DNA from: Lama guanicoe
Taxonomy: Eukaryota
NCBI GenBank assembly: GCA_013239625.1
Contig: MU056000.1
Location: forward strand, 15,218,851 to 15,282,850
Direction of reading: 5' to 3'
Length of the DNA: 64,000 nt
Under the pieces are notes generated by a model that saw nothing but the letters and a program-made list of their open reading frames with translations, ran no database searches and was not told where the DNA came from. Both the position numbers and the translations under genes were made by a program. The stretch's first letter is position 1, and every line of letters starts with the position of its first letter. Shown piece by piece: positions 1 through 11,760 of the stretch.

Positions 1-161
1 TTGTTTGTAGGGGAAATGGCTGTACAAAATTTCACAGCATAGAGGAAGGCTGTCATTATGGAAGGATAGCTTCAGGAAGCACACTGAGAAATAGGGAAGT
101 TGGAACTTACAGGTATGCAACGTTAAATTCTGTTTTTACTCAAGGATTAAACCCTACAGTT

Positions 162-1161
162 TGTCAATGAAAAATCAATCAGTCGATCTAAGAAAGAAGT
201 GACAAATTGTATTCAAGCCAAATTTGAGGGTGAAGAGCATCTCAAAAAACTCAGATAACTTTCCCTCCCATTAGAAGTCAAAGCACAGTTGCATAAGCTT
301 TTTTTTTGAGACAAAGAGCTGTACATTGAATGACGTATTAGTGACAGTTTACACAATCCAGATTGAAGTGTCACCCTGGCCCTTACAAGTCAAGAAAGAA
401 TGTTACCCTCTAAGGAGTGCTTGCAGAGCGGCTGCCACTCCCTGGAGTCGTAAAGGCCCCGCGGCTGGGCTTTCTTCCTGCCTAGACCCCATTGACACCT
501 TAACCCCGACTCCCACTGCAGGGCCCTTTGCTTAACTGCATTTCTACAAGATAAAACATACTCTCTTGATGTGTTTACCCTAACAAAAGTAGCCGCCCCA
601 GGAACTAGCCCGTCTCACAATACCGGAGGTGCACAGGTCTCACATCCTGCCCTTGTCAAAGTCCTGAATCACATTGTTCGGAGAAGCCCCTGACAGATCT
701 TACAACCAACCAGGTACCTGTGCACAAACTGATCACGCAGCTCCTATTCCTTGTGTGCATAAGCTCCCCCCCCCAAAAAAAGCCCCCCCACCCCGGCACA
801 CCCATCCCAGGCGCTCACGCAGGCACCTCTCATCTGCGCGGCCCGCTGTTGCCCGTGGTCGTGCATCTAATGAAACCTCCCCTTTATTCTTCTATCCTTG
901 TAGTCTTTGGTTTTTGGTAGATTGTTTTCCTGTCCTGGACCACTGCATTGTCTCCAGTCGCAATTGTCTTGTCGATGCTAGGAGAATGCTGCTTTTTCTG
1001 GTTGAGCAGGTGTAACCTACAGCCCATGGCGGAGGTTTGGTAGATGCACAATGCGGATACACAATGCACAGTAGAGGGGACAGAGGAGGTCAAAGGGCAG
1101 AGAAAATTTTTTATGTTTTAATTCTTCTTGTCTTGCCATAAAATAGGAATTTTATTTCACT
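162..1161 (-). mobile_element. Solo ERV1-type LTR, interrupted by a second LTR
   Basis: Begins TGTCAATG at 162 and ends ...TTTCAC(T) at 1161, a degenerate CA end. It is flanked by the 4-bp duplication AGTT (158-161 and 1162-1165). Strand is assigned from recalled similarity to cetartiodactyl ERV1 LTRs. Confidence 0.75.
422..962 (+). mobile_element. Solo LTR nested in the 162-1161 LTR
   Basis: Abruptly GC- and CpG-rich segment running TGCAG...GTCGCA. It has a U3-R-U5-like layout with an A-rich TATA-like run near 775 and an AATGAA poly(A)-signal variant near 870. No TSD was resolved, so boundaries are approximate. Confidence 0.6.
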
Positions 1162-1543
1162 AGTTCTGAGCAATAAATTGGGTGTTCTGCTTCGTCCCTC
1201 TGCCTCTGCTGTGTGACTTCTTCCACAGCCGGCCGCAAGGACCCACTCTTTGGTGGGCTTCCTAATTTAAAGGTTCTTCTATCCACTAACATAACCAGTA
1301 CCCCTTACCGCTGTAATCATCAATCTACTTAGGAGAGAAAAAAATGTTGATTCTGAGTACCTTGGGGATAATTACTTTGCAAATAAGCACTTAATAACAG
1401 ACTGTACATGGTTGGGGAAATATAATTAAAAATAAAAGTTCCTGCCGACGGAGAAAACCTCTCCACAAAGGTAGAAGAGAAAGGAAACAATTTTATTATT
1501 GAATAATCGTTAAACCAGAATGTGATGTGTATCACAAGCAATC

Positions 1544-2590
1544 CGAAAAACCAGCCTCTGTGCCTGGAAAAATGAATTCAGACCCAGAGACAGAGTTTCC
1601 GGAGTAGCAGAAAAGAGCAGCTTTATTGCTTTGCCAAGCAAAAGGGAGTCACAGCAGGCTAGTGCCTTAGAGATTGTGAATCCAGCTTGGGGTTGGTGTA
1701 CGGAGGTTTTATAGAAGAGCTGAGTGAAACAGAAAGACAGCAAAGAACAGGGCGTTTTTCTGGGGTGCTATGTTCTTCTTAGTCTTGCTGAATCCACCTG
1801 GTGTCATGCAGAATTTCTGTATCTTCTGAGGCTATCAGCCCATGACCACCTTCTTTAAACACAGCTTCTGGGTTAAAGGATAGGCTATTCTGGGTAAAGA
1901 AAGTGTAGGTGTTTGGCAGTTAGATGGAAATGAGCAGCTGGCAAGGGGAGAGGAGGAGGAGGCGGGGGCAACCCAGAAAATAACAGTACACCTGCACTCA
2001 GGATAAGGGGCTCCAAAAACGTTTACTTTCTGTAAGTGAAGGCCAGCAAAGAAGCCGGCAAGGATCGAATACCCCCTCCCCCGCAGGTTTCTCTGTGTGC
2101 ATCCTGGGTAGAAACATGCATAGAGGAGATGAGCGTGCCTGCGCACGAGGAACACAAGCTGTCAGTCAGCCTGAACACTCACAGACAGAAGCCATCAGTC
2201 AGTAATCAATCATGAAAACGCCCCCTAAGCCAGGATGCAAAAACAGGAAAAACAACAGAGCGCCCCCATTTTTCCTCTCTTAGACTGGCCTGCCCCCAGT
2301 TCTTGGGGGTGTACTATAGTTTACTACTTTTTTACTTCACTAATAAAATCTTCTGTCTATATCAGGCCCTCTGTCTCCCATTAGAAATTCTTTTTTGTTC
2401 AGGTGACTAAGAACCGAGGTAACATTGATTCCCCTCCTCCCGGTAACATTTTGCGTGGAGAGTATAATGAAAAGGTTTGGGGTTTGACAGAGAAAAGAGA
2501 AAAAACAAGCTGCAAGGATTTTAGGTCAGAATGAATCAGCAGACAGCATTAGCATCAGGGAAGCCATTTTGTTAGTTTTCTACTCTTTCA
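1544..2590 (-). mobile_element. Younger ERV1 solo LTR inserted in the MER34-like LTR
   Basis: Termini are (C)GAAAA...TTTCA, a short inverted repeat with TG mutated to CG. There is an exact 4-bp TSD AATC (1540-1543 and 2591-2594). TTTATT near 1622 gives AATAAA on the minus strand. Confidence 0.75.
1914..2448 (+). mobile_element. Third-level solo LTR nested in the 1544-2590 LTR
   Basis: Opposite orientation to its host: AATAAA at 2342-2347, and a U5-like end ...CCTCCCGGTAACA at 2448. It is CpG-rich. The left boundary is uncertain (~1904-1920). Confidence 0.6.
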
Positions 2591-3299
2591 AATCCACTAA
2601 AGAGATTGTAAAGTCAGAAAGAAATCTCACCTTTTTAGATGGCCAAGCAGATAAAAATCCATCACACCTAGGTTCTTAAGGTATAAGTTTAACTAATCCT
2701 CAAGTAGAGGACTTGACGGCAATGGTTGTCACATAATTCATCCTACATTCATCTGTTAATCAGACAGACTGTGATAGCTATTGGCACCATCCAAAGAAAA
2801 AATAAATTCATGATTTTACAATTTGGAAGGAGGCACCCACAGAAGTTAAGCTCCTCCTCTCCCACAGCTTCTGGGAGAGGGGCAATATATCTTGTGATGT
2901 TTCCATTTCAAAGGAATGGCTCCCAAGTATTTAAGAAACACATTTCTGGGTTTTTAAGCTGACAAGAGGCTTATTTCGCCTTTATAAAATGGACTTATGT
3001 TTCAAAGAGAGAGAGGTAGTTATAATTCCACATTTTATAAAGTAAATGCTCTAGGAAAAGGGAGGAGTATCTGCCTTATTTTTAATAGGGAGAAACAAAC
3101 CTGTTATTTTTATTATGTATTTGCCTTCACAACATATATATTCTTTAACCCACCCAAAAAACCAAACTTATGAAGATTAGATTTTTGATTTCTCTACCAA
3201 GTCTAGCCTCCCAGGAAGACAGAAATATCCTGAGACCATTAGACCAAAGCCTTCCCACAGCAGACACCACTGGCGCCCCAGCTCTTCCTCTCATTTGCT

Positions 3300-3690
3300 G
3301 TGATGACACTTGCCAGGCAGCAGACCATGGGTGACAGGAGACTCACTTCGCAAGGATACCTCTCATCTCTTTTTGCTGTCTGCTCCCTCTCACAGCTGGA
3401 GTACAGTCAGCCCATTCAAGCGTAGCACAAAAGCAGGGAAGTTGTTATCAACCCCAGAAAAAGCCTTCAGTGAGGTGCAAGGACCGAAGGATGAATTTGT
3501 CAACCTTTGTCTTTCAAATGAACAATTTGGAGTGGCTCTAGGTCTGCCTCGCAGGAGTCCTTAGCAAAACTGATTCCCTATTGCCCTCAGCAACACCCAC
3601 AAATAATGCATCCTATACTGGTTTTGCATATTTGTGTCTCTTATTTCTCCTGCTCCCTAACTCTGGCTCTCCCTGGCCACCGCCCTGAAA
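3300..3690 (+). mobile_element. LTR16-like (ERVL) LTR fragment
   Basis: Degenerate similarity to the recalled LTR16 consensus (ATTGCCCTCAGCAACACCC...AATAATGCATCCT...CTCCCTGG). Confidence 0.45.
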
Positions 3691-3694
3691 GATG

Positions 3695-3879
3695 CTCTGG
3701 TTTTGAAGACTCAGGTGTTTAGGTTGGGCTCACCTAGATAATTCAGGGTAATCTCTCATCTCAACGTCCATAACATCAATAACATCTTCAAAGCCTCAAC
3801 TATCGGTAAACATATTCTCAGGTTCTAGAGATTAGGGTGTAAACATCATTTAGGGACCATTATTCTCAAGGCTACCATA
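3695..3879 (-). mobile_element. MLT1 (MaLR) LTR fragment
   Basis: CAGGTTCTAGAGATTAGGGTGTAAACATC...GGGACCATTATTC...CTACCATA is a typical reverse-complement MLT1 5' end. Confidence 0.6.
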
Positions 3880-5549
3880 CTGTGCACAGGCAAGGGCAGT
3901 CCATTTGTCTGTATGTTTCCTCTGAGTAGCAGAGAGTGATACACATAATAGGGTTCAAAAATATTTATTGAGTTAGATAAGGGAGGAGACAATATTTAAT
4001 TTTCATAAAAATAAAAGCAATAAAAAAGACAGTCAGGAAATTTCAGATTTTGAAGGGATTAGAAAATAATTCCTTTTTACTCAGGAAGGAGTACCTGAAA
4101 CTTAGGCAAAGGTAACATTGAAAGGTCCTAGGTCTAAATAAACTATTTATTAAAAGATTTTGTTTACCTCCCTGATATTAACAATTGACTAATAGCTCAC
4201 AGGCTGCTCACAAAAATTTGTCATTACCAATAGATTAGCTAAAATATTAGCTAGGAAGTTGATGAAAAGGTAAAAACCTGATCACATTATACAATCTGAA
4301 GTTCCTCATACCAGTAAAAACTTTATGTAAAGGGATGTGTTCAAAATAAATAAAAATAGCTTTGGATAAAAAAGATAAAAGAAAAGGGGGTAATAGAAGT
4401 GGGGTTATAAGAAAATGAAGAGAATTATTGTTTCCAAATAAGGAGACTGTGATTCAGTTATTCTGAAACATTTTCAGTTCCTACTCTGTGTCAGGCTCTG
4501 GAATACACAAATTTTAGGTCTTCAGAAAAATGTTGGTAGGGGTACCTTCTTATTCTCTTCAAGTGTTTTTCTCGAGTTTCCTGATTTTTGAAATATCTGG
4601 TTCCCAAATCTTAGTTTTCATTCAAACATGCCAAAAATAAATACAAAATGAATGAAGGGAATGCAATATATATTTTTATGCTTTTCTGCCATATAAATTC
4701 AGAAATGTGAAAAAAATGTCATCAGGCAATAGATGCAGAAATTGATCATCAGGAAATCAAAGTGCCACTGCCGCTCCTGTCAGCGCCACCACGTGTTAGG
4801 TTCAGGACTAAGCATGGTAATGACCACCCTACCCCTAAAGATGGATATTCCACAACCATGTTCTATATTTCCTAATAAACTACACTAACTTTCTCAAGCT
4901 TATATTTTAAATCTCTCTAGCTCATATATTTCTACTAAATTGTCAAGGCCAATTTTTTTTTTTTTAAGAAAGTGCTTCAATTTGTGAGCAGATGTCCATT
5001 TCAGCAGTCGCAGCCACCACAGGAATGACAGAATAACAGCACTTTTACTTTCTAACAGTGACAGCCCAGCACCCATTAACTAGAGAGCAGTATTTCAGCT
5101 AAAGCTCCCCAGATTAACTCCCCCTTCACACCCTTTGGAGCTGTGACCTTTTGATGATGAATGCGTCACTTACACAGATATTTACCAGCCTTCAAAAGAA
5201 GAGTCTTTCTCGTAGCTTAGGAGCAGGGTTTGTTTACATGCAATAGCTGAAATAGATTTATAATATTAAAATATGATGAATGAGAATGGTGAAAAGTGAT
5301 AAGTTTTAATGAGACTGAGCTTTCAATAACCTGAAGACGCATGCCCATAAGGGAACTGCAAAGGGAACGTTTAAATCTCATAAATCAGAGGTTTAATACT
5401 TTGCAGTGGGCAGAATTACAAGATAAACTTTTAAAACTGTAGATTATCAAATTCTGCAGTAGTCAAGAAGTGAGTGTAATCAAGAATTTGTACGTTTAAC
5501 ATCTTACCCCATATGGATGTACTGATAGATAATAGAAGCAAATGAGAGT

Positions 5550-5725
5550 GATCTCTGCAGTCAGACTATCAGTATCTAAATCCTCTTACTAACCATCTAA
5601 TCTTAGAAATTTCCTAAAATTATAAGAAGTCGTTTCCATAGATGTAGAGTATGGGAAACAATGACACCTATCTCATAGAATTAAATAAGGTGATACATGC
5701 TAAATGGCATATAGTCCCTAGAAAG
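5550..5725 (+). mobile_element. MIR SINE, highly diverged
   Basis: Contains GCAGTCAGAC and ACACCTATCTCATAG...AATTAAATAAGGTGATACATG, which resemble MIR core segments. Confidence 0.45.
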
Positions 5726-7013
5726 ATTATCTACTAGAGTTATTGTTTGCTGCCTGCAGAATTAAAATACAACAACCTGTCCTTTCAAAATATATCATCT
5801 ATGCATAGACAAGCTGGCTACAAGTAGATCATTTCTGAAGATTTAGTTAGAGCGCCCAAAATACTGTAAGAGATTTTCAAGCAGTGTTTGGTGTAGACTC
5901 AACAGGAATGTTATCTTGTAATAATGGCTTAATTGTACCAACAATGTCTGTGACTCATGCAAATCCAGGGAGGAAAACTTTTACATTCTACAAAATATAT
6001 GATAAAGTGAACTCATCTTCTGATTCCTCTCCTGAAATCAGACAATACTCACAAGTCATTATATGAGACACAAAGACAAGGAAAATGGTCACTTCCCTAG
6101 AGTTCTCATGCTTGGCTAGGAGAGGACACATTTGTGATAAAATCCGTATTAACCTACTGGTAACTCTGGATCTGAGGCTCCATGAGTCCTATTATTTGGA
6201 CAGCTGGAGAAGGCAGGTCAAACAGGATGAGAAGCCTGTGTAGGGAGAATGTCTGCATGACTTTTTGTAATAGAGAAGGAAGTTAGCCGCTACAGAGTCT
6301 TTGTTCTGGGCACTTTACATCTCCTAAACCACTAAAAGATAAAGCAAAATAGCCAGAGGCTTTCTACTACTAAATTATATGCCAATTTGTAGAGCACAGG
6401 CCAAGATCTAGCAATAAAATAAAGCCCAGGGGCTTCAAACTCAGTAATGAAGTCAAACCTTATGAACAGAAGTAGAATAAAAGGCAGTGTTGGCTTCTTA
6501 TTTAATACTGTTTAAAAGTGAATTTCTATTGCTTCCTCTCAGATGGGAGGGATATTTCACAAGTAAACTATTAAGATTTGTTCAAAAATCAAGAATCTAA
6601 TGTGTTAGAAACCAGGCATCTGATAATCTTGAGGGGAGAATTTAGTCCACGAGGTTACACATCTTAGCCTCAAAGGAATACAAGTTGGAGCAAATACCCA
6701 AATTATAGATATTAAGAAACCAAAAAGAAAAATAACTGCCGATTATGGACTAGAAGAATGAGGACTGATGACTATTTTAAGGACCAGTATGTGTTTTCCA
6801 CCATATTAGAAACTGATCTATATAATTACCTTGGATTTATGGCTGCAAACCCTGACAGCCTCTGAGAGCCCTATGTGAGCAACTGCAGGGCAACGATTGG
6901 AACATCCTTGTTAAAAAGCTGGTGCCCGTGAACAACCTGCTCTGGCTGAGTTTAAGTAGCCGACCATGAAAAGCTGATGGCTGAGAACCCTATGGTGCAT
7001 GAGGCCCGGTGAC

Positions 7014-7370
7014 TGCTCTGGACTGAATTATGATTTCCACAACTCATATTCTCAATATGATAGTTTTTAGAGGTGGGACCTTTGGGAGTTAATTCTGTTT
7101 AGATGAGCTCATGAGGGTGGGGCCCTCTTGATGGAATTAGTGCCCTTATCAGAAGAGACACAAGGGAGCTTGTTCTCTGTCTTTCTCTGCCATGTGAGGA
7201 CATCACAAGAAGACCATCTACGAGCCAGGAAGAAGGTTCTCACCAGAATCCTATTATGCTGGGACTCTGATCTTGGACTTTGCAGCCTCCTGAACTGTGA
7301 GAAATAAATTTCTATTGCTTAGGATACACAATTCATGGCATTCACATGACATCCAGGGCTGGCAAAGACA
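7014..7370 (+). mobile_element. MLT1A-like MaLR solo LTR
   Basis: Termini are TGCTCTGGACTGAAT...AAGACA. Internal hallmarks are GAGGGTGGGGCCCTC, GCCATGTGAGGACA and AACTGTGAGAAATAAATTTC. The 5-bp TSD is GTGAC/GTGGC (one mismatch). Confidence 0.85.
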
Positions 7371-7775
7371 GTGGCCAAATGATTCTATACAAATACCAGG
7401 AAGGTATTTATATAGCACTGTAGGGGACTTCCAATAGAGGACACTACTATGTGCATCCTGCTACACCTCTCAGCCTTTAATATAGATCCTAACAGAGGCT
7501 GTTGGTAACCTTCACATGTCTTTGACAAACTCAGAGCTCCAGGAACTTGTACCTGGTCCAGGTTTACCTTCTTCCCAGTGTTAGACATTAAGCAGAAAGC
7601 CATAGTCCCAAACTCTCACTGAAAAGATTACAACTTCACTATTGTCATACTTAAAGCTGAGAGCAGGGTACAAAGATCTATGAAGAGTTTTTTAAAAGTG
7701 GGTTCTAAGTGGCAATCAGAGAACTAAGGTAACAAGAATCACTGGAAAAGTACAGAAGCCAGATTTCCTAGGTAA

Positions 7776-8256
7776 TTTTTTTTTCATTTTTTCAGTTTTA
7801 TTAAATAGAATTGTTAAAATTTGACTGTACATATACAATATATTACATGTAAATACAGATACACAATATACTGCACATATTTTTAAAAATTTACATATAT
7901 GTACTGCTCATTGTTTCTAAGAGCGTTATAGCTTTAGCTTTTTAAACTTACATAGTTATCAAAGGAATAAAGCCAAACACAAAATAAGAATTAATTCAAA
8001 ATGATATATACACCTCGCTATTAACAGCAACATTCTTTATAATTGCCAAGATGTGGCAGCATCATAAGTGCACATCAATAGATGAATGGATAAAGAAGAT
8101 GCAACATACATATGTAATGGAATACAACTCACCCATAAGAAAGGGGATATTTTGCCATTTGCAGCCCTTCATTCACTTTTTTTTTTCTTTTCCCTTCAAA
8201 AACCAGAATTTTATGTCTGGCATAAATATGTCCATTGCATCAAAAACAACAAAATA
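7776..8256 (-). mobile_element. Polyadenylated retroposed composite containing an antisense L1 ORF2 fragment
   Basis: Minus-strand AATAAA (7797-7802) is followed by an A-tail (T-run from 7776). The direct repeat CCTAGGTAA lies at 7767-7775 and 8257-8265. The internal ~7990-8165 segment encodes L1 ORF2 C-terminal-like KCTSIDEWIKKM on the plus strand. Confidence 0.65.
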
Positions 8257-8959
8257 CCTAGGTAAAATTTTTGCTCTGCCACTCATTTGCATAACAAGTT
8301 ACTTAACTGACCTTTGCCCTAAAAAATGCACCTGTTTTAAATATGCAGGTCATGCCATAAGGTTGTTTTAGGATGAGATAATACATTCAAAGAACTTAGC
8401 CTAATGCTAAGCTCATGGTAATTACTAAAGAAATCGTGGCTGCTAATACTGACTCAAGATTTTGAGATTGATCCGGTTTGAAAGGTAGAGAAGGCCTCCT
8501 GTAGCCAAGTTGACTGAGAAGATGCCCCTGTGAGATGTAGACAATTGTGGGTGGAATAGCCCCTTTCATATTATCAAGACTTCTCTGTATATCCAGGACC
8601 ACACCTTCCATTTTAGGGGTTTATTGGTGTCAGCTGAGACCTTCTTGAAAGGAAATGTCTTAAAAAAGTAAACTGAATGAGGACAATACAATGTCTTATG
8701 TGTCCAAGAGCCATTCTCTTCCTGGGCAGCCAGTGTTTGCTGGTTTGCAGACATCAGTCAAAGAGAAATCAGCTCAGAAAACTTCTTTATTGTATTAGAG
8801 CATGGTACAATTTATTTTTGTATTATTTTAAAGTGTAGAAAAGTATAAGTTGTTTTGAATTATTCATTGTTAGAATAATTCCAATAAAGCTCTTAAAACA
8901 TCTTTCTCTTTAAGATACATTCAAAATTTTATATAAATTATTAACTTAGTAGGGGGATT

Positions 8960-9200
8960 TATTCTTTAGTCAGTTACATGTGTCTTAAAATTGATTAGAT
9001 ATTGTCAAGTTGCTCTCCAAAATATTTGTACAAGTATCTATCCCTCAAATAGTGTATGTATGAGTGTTGCCATAGATCCACATTCCCACCAACGACTGGT
9101 GGTGCTAGACTTTGGTCTTTGCCAATCTGGTATTTTTTACTATTTTTTTAATGTATATTTTATTGATCACTAGTGAGTTTAAATTTTCCTGCTTTATAAT
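8960..9200 (-). mobile_element. Old L1 (L1ME-like) fragment
   Basis: TTGTCAAGTTGCTCTCCAAAA...CCACATTCCCACCAAC...TTTGCCAATCTG resembles antisense ORF2 3' sequence. Confidence 0.6.
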
Positions 9201-9928
9201 AGTAAAGAATTACTAAATATCAGCATTCTGTGTAAAAATGCTATAGTGCATTGTAAAATATTAGGAACATGGCATATTGATCACCAGTTTCTTTGAGTGT
9301 AGCATCTAATTTGCACACAGTAAAGTTGTCTTGTGTTGACACGTGATGGGCTTTTGTCAACATCTGTATGTGAGTTAGGCATTCTACCATGAGTGTCAGA
9401 ATGCCCCAATTTTGTCAAATGAACTCACTGGAAACTTTGGCAAAACAATCTAAGAACAGCAACTAAAATTGGAAAGAATTTTTCCAGGCTTCAATTCCCA
9501 TGTAATTATAAGGAGACTCTGGTAAAAAAACAATGGTGCTAGAATAATTTAATTACTATAAATCACACAAAACTAACCAACCTAGGCTCCCATCCAGGAG
9601 ACGTCTATCACTCTTGGAGACAGTAGGGACAATGGAGAAAGAAAATTTCAGACAAAGATGGGGACAGAGAGGACTACTAGAGGAAGCTCCAGAGCCATTG
9701 CCTAGAAAAGATAGTGGGGCCAAGCCTCTATCTCTTCATATATGATAAGATAAATGTGAGATCAAAAGCCAATCAAATAGTTATGGAAGGAAATTTGCAA
9801 CACTAAAATCTACAACTAACAATGGAAACGTAATAGTTATTATATGTATGTACCCAAGGATAAAAGAGCAACTTCCATAAAACAGAGGCTACTGAATATG
9901 AAAGGAGGAATAGAAACACACTTTTTAA

Positions 9929-10888
9929 ATGAATGTTTTCATTTTCTCTGGATAAATACCCAGGAGTGGAGTTGCTGGATTGTGCAGTAGTTGTATTTTT
10001 AATTTTTTGAGGAGCCTCCATACTGTTGGTATAGTGGCAGTACCAATTAACATTCCCACCAGCAGTGCACAAAAGTTTCTTTTTACAGACATCCTTGCCA
10101 AGTACACTTGCTATTTGCTGTCTTTTTGATAACAGCCATTCTAACAGGTGTGCGGTAATACTTCACTGTGGTTTTGCTTTGCAATTCCCTGATTTTTAGT
10201 GATGTTGAGTATCTTTTCTTGTGTTTATTGGTCATCTGTATATCTCCTTTGAAAAAATATCTATTCAGAGCCACTGCCTAAGTTTTAATCAAGTTATTTA
10301 TTTATTTTTTGATGTTGATTTGTAGGTATTTTTTGTATATTTTGAATATTAATCCCTTATCAGATATATGGCTTGCAAATATCTCCTCCCATTCAGTAGG
10401 TGGCCTTTTTGTTTTGTTGATAGATTCCTTCACTGTGCTTTGATGTAGTCCCATTTGTTTCCCTTGCCTGAGGAGACATATCCAAAAAAATATTACTAAG
10501 ACCAATGTCAATGCCTATCTTTTCTTCAGGAGTTTTATGGTTTGGGGTCTTACTTTTAAGTCTTTCATCCATTTTGAGTTTATTTTTGTATATGATGTAG
10601 TATAAAAAAGAAGTAGTCCAGTTTGATTCTTTTGCATGGAGCTGTCCAGTTTTCCCAAAACCATTTGTGTAAAAAGCTGTCTTTTCCCCATTGTTTATTC
10701 TTTCGTCTTTTGTCATAGGTTAATTTGCCTTATGAGCATGAGTTTACTTCTTGGCTCTCTATTCTGTTCCATTAATTTATGTGTCTTCTTTGTGCCAGCA
10801 CTGTACTGTTTTGATTACTATGGCTTTGTAGTACAGTTTGAAATCAAGGAGTGTGATACCTCAGCTTTGTTCTTTTTCTCAATGATTA
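9929..10888 (-). mobile_element. L1 ORF2 3' fragment with stops and frameshifts
   Basis: Minus-strand ORFs give L1 ORF2 peptides such as LNRYFFKGDIQMTNKHKKRYSTSL, EWEEIFASHISDKGLIFKIYK and PATPLLGIYPEKMK. Confidence 0.9.
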
Positions 10889-11469
10889 TGAAGTTAGATT
10901 GTATAGAATCTATCAGACCTTGGGCTCTAAAAAAAAGAATACATATTTTTAGAATACATATTTTTATAAGTACACATAGGATTCAAACAAAAAATGATTT
11001 TAAATCTCAGTAAATTGTAAATAAGCTAACATTTTTAAATGCTTATTGAGTTTTAGAGACAAAAATATAAATACTTTAAAATATACATTGGCTGATAACT
11101 ATTTCAGTGAGATGCATATAGGTTCCATGGGTTGTGTGACACTAAAACTGAGTGGACATTAAAACTGAGTGATGCCCACCAGGAAAGCATTAGAAGGTGC
11201 ATGTAGTATCATATAGTTTTAAACCATTTGAGATTTCTGTTCTGTGAATAGCTCATTCAGACTGGTTTCAAGTTTTCTTTCAATTTGTTGGAGTTTAAAA
11301 AATATTTTGTGTGTTGTTACATAGTTTTGATTCTAATTCGAATTAGTTACGCTATGCTAAACTGTGAAGTAGCATATGATTAAATTATGTTATGGTGAAA
11401 AAAAAATAAAACCAGAAATAAACAAACAGGTTTAGATGTTACTCATGATACAAATTCTCTGTACGTCTC

Positions 11470-11760
11470 CTGGCCCTTTGCTTTCCGTCATCCTCATGCT
11501 GGGATTCATGCTGAACAACCACTTTCTGGTCTAGGATACCTCTGGTCCCCAGGGACATGAGAAAGAGAATGGAAGCAAATTGAATAATAGCTGTTAAAGC
11601 TCTGACCCAGAAATGACACTCTGGAACATGTCAATTTGATTCAGAGTTCATTGATCAAAGCAAATCAATGGCCACACAAGTTCTAAGTAGGCAGTGGGCA
11701 AGGAAAGCCATTCTCATCACGTGTCTGGCAGGAAAAATAGAATAATTGCTAAAAAGAACG
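11470..11760 (-). mobile_element. Old MLT1 (J/K-like) LTR fragment
   Basis: AAAGCTCTGACCCAGAAATGACAC...TTCATTGATCAAAGCAAATCAATGGCCACAC resembles old MLT1 motifs. Confidence 0.45.

Larger units (their letters stand above)
1408..3131 (-). mobile_element. MER34/MER39-like ERV1 LTR, split into ~1408-1543 and 2591-3131
   Basis: The segments GGGGAAATATAATTAAAAATAAAA, GAAAACCTCTCCACAAAGGTAGAAGAGAAA and ...TGTATTTGCCTTCACA match my recall of the MER34-group consensus. The two halves rejoin as CAAGC-AATC-CACTAAAGAGATTG. Confidence 0.75.
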
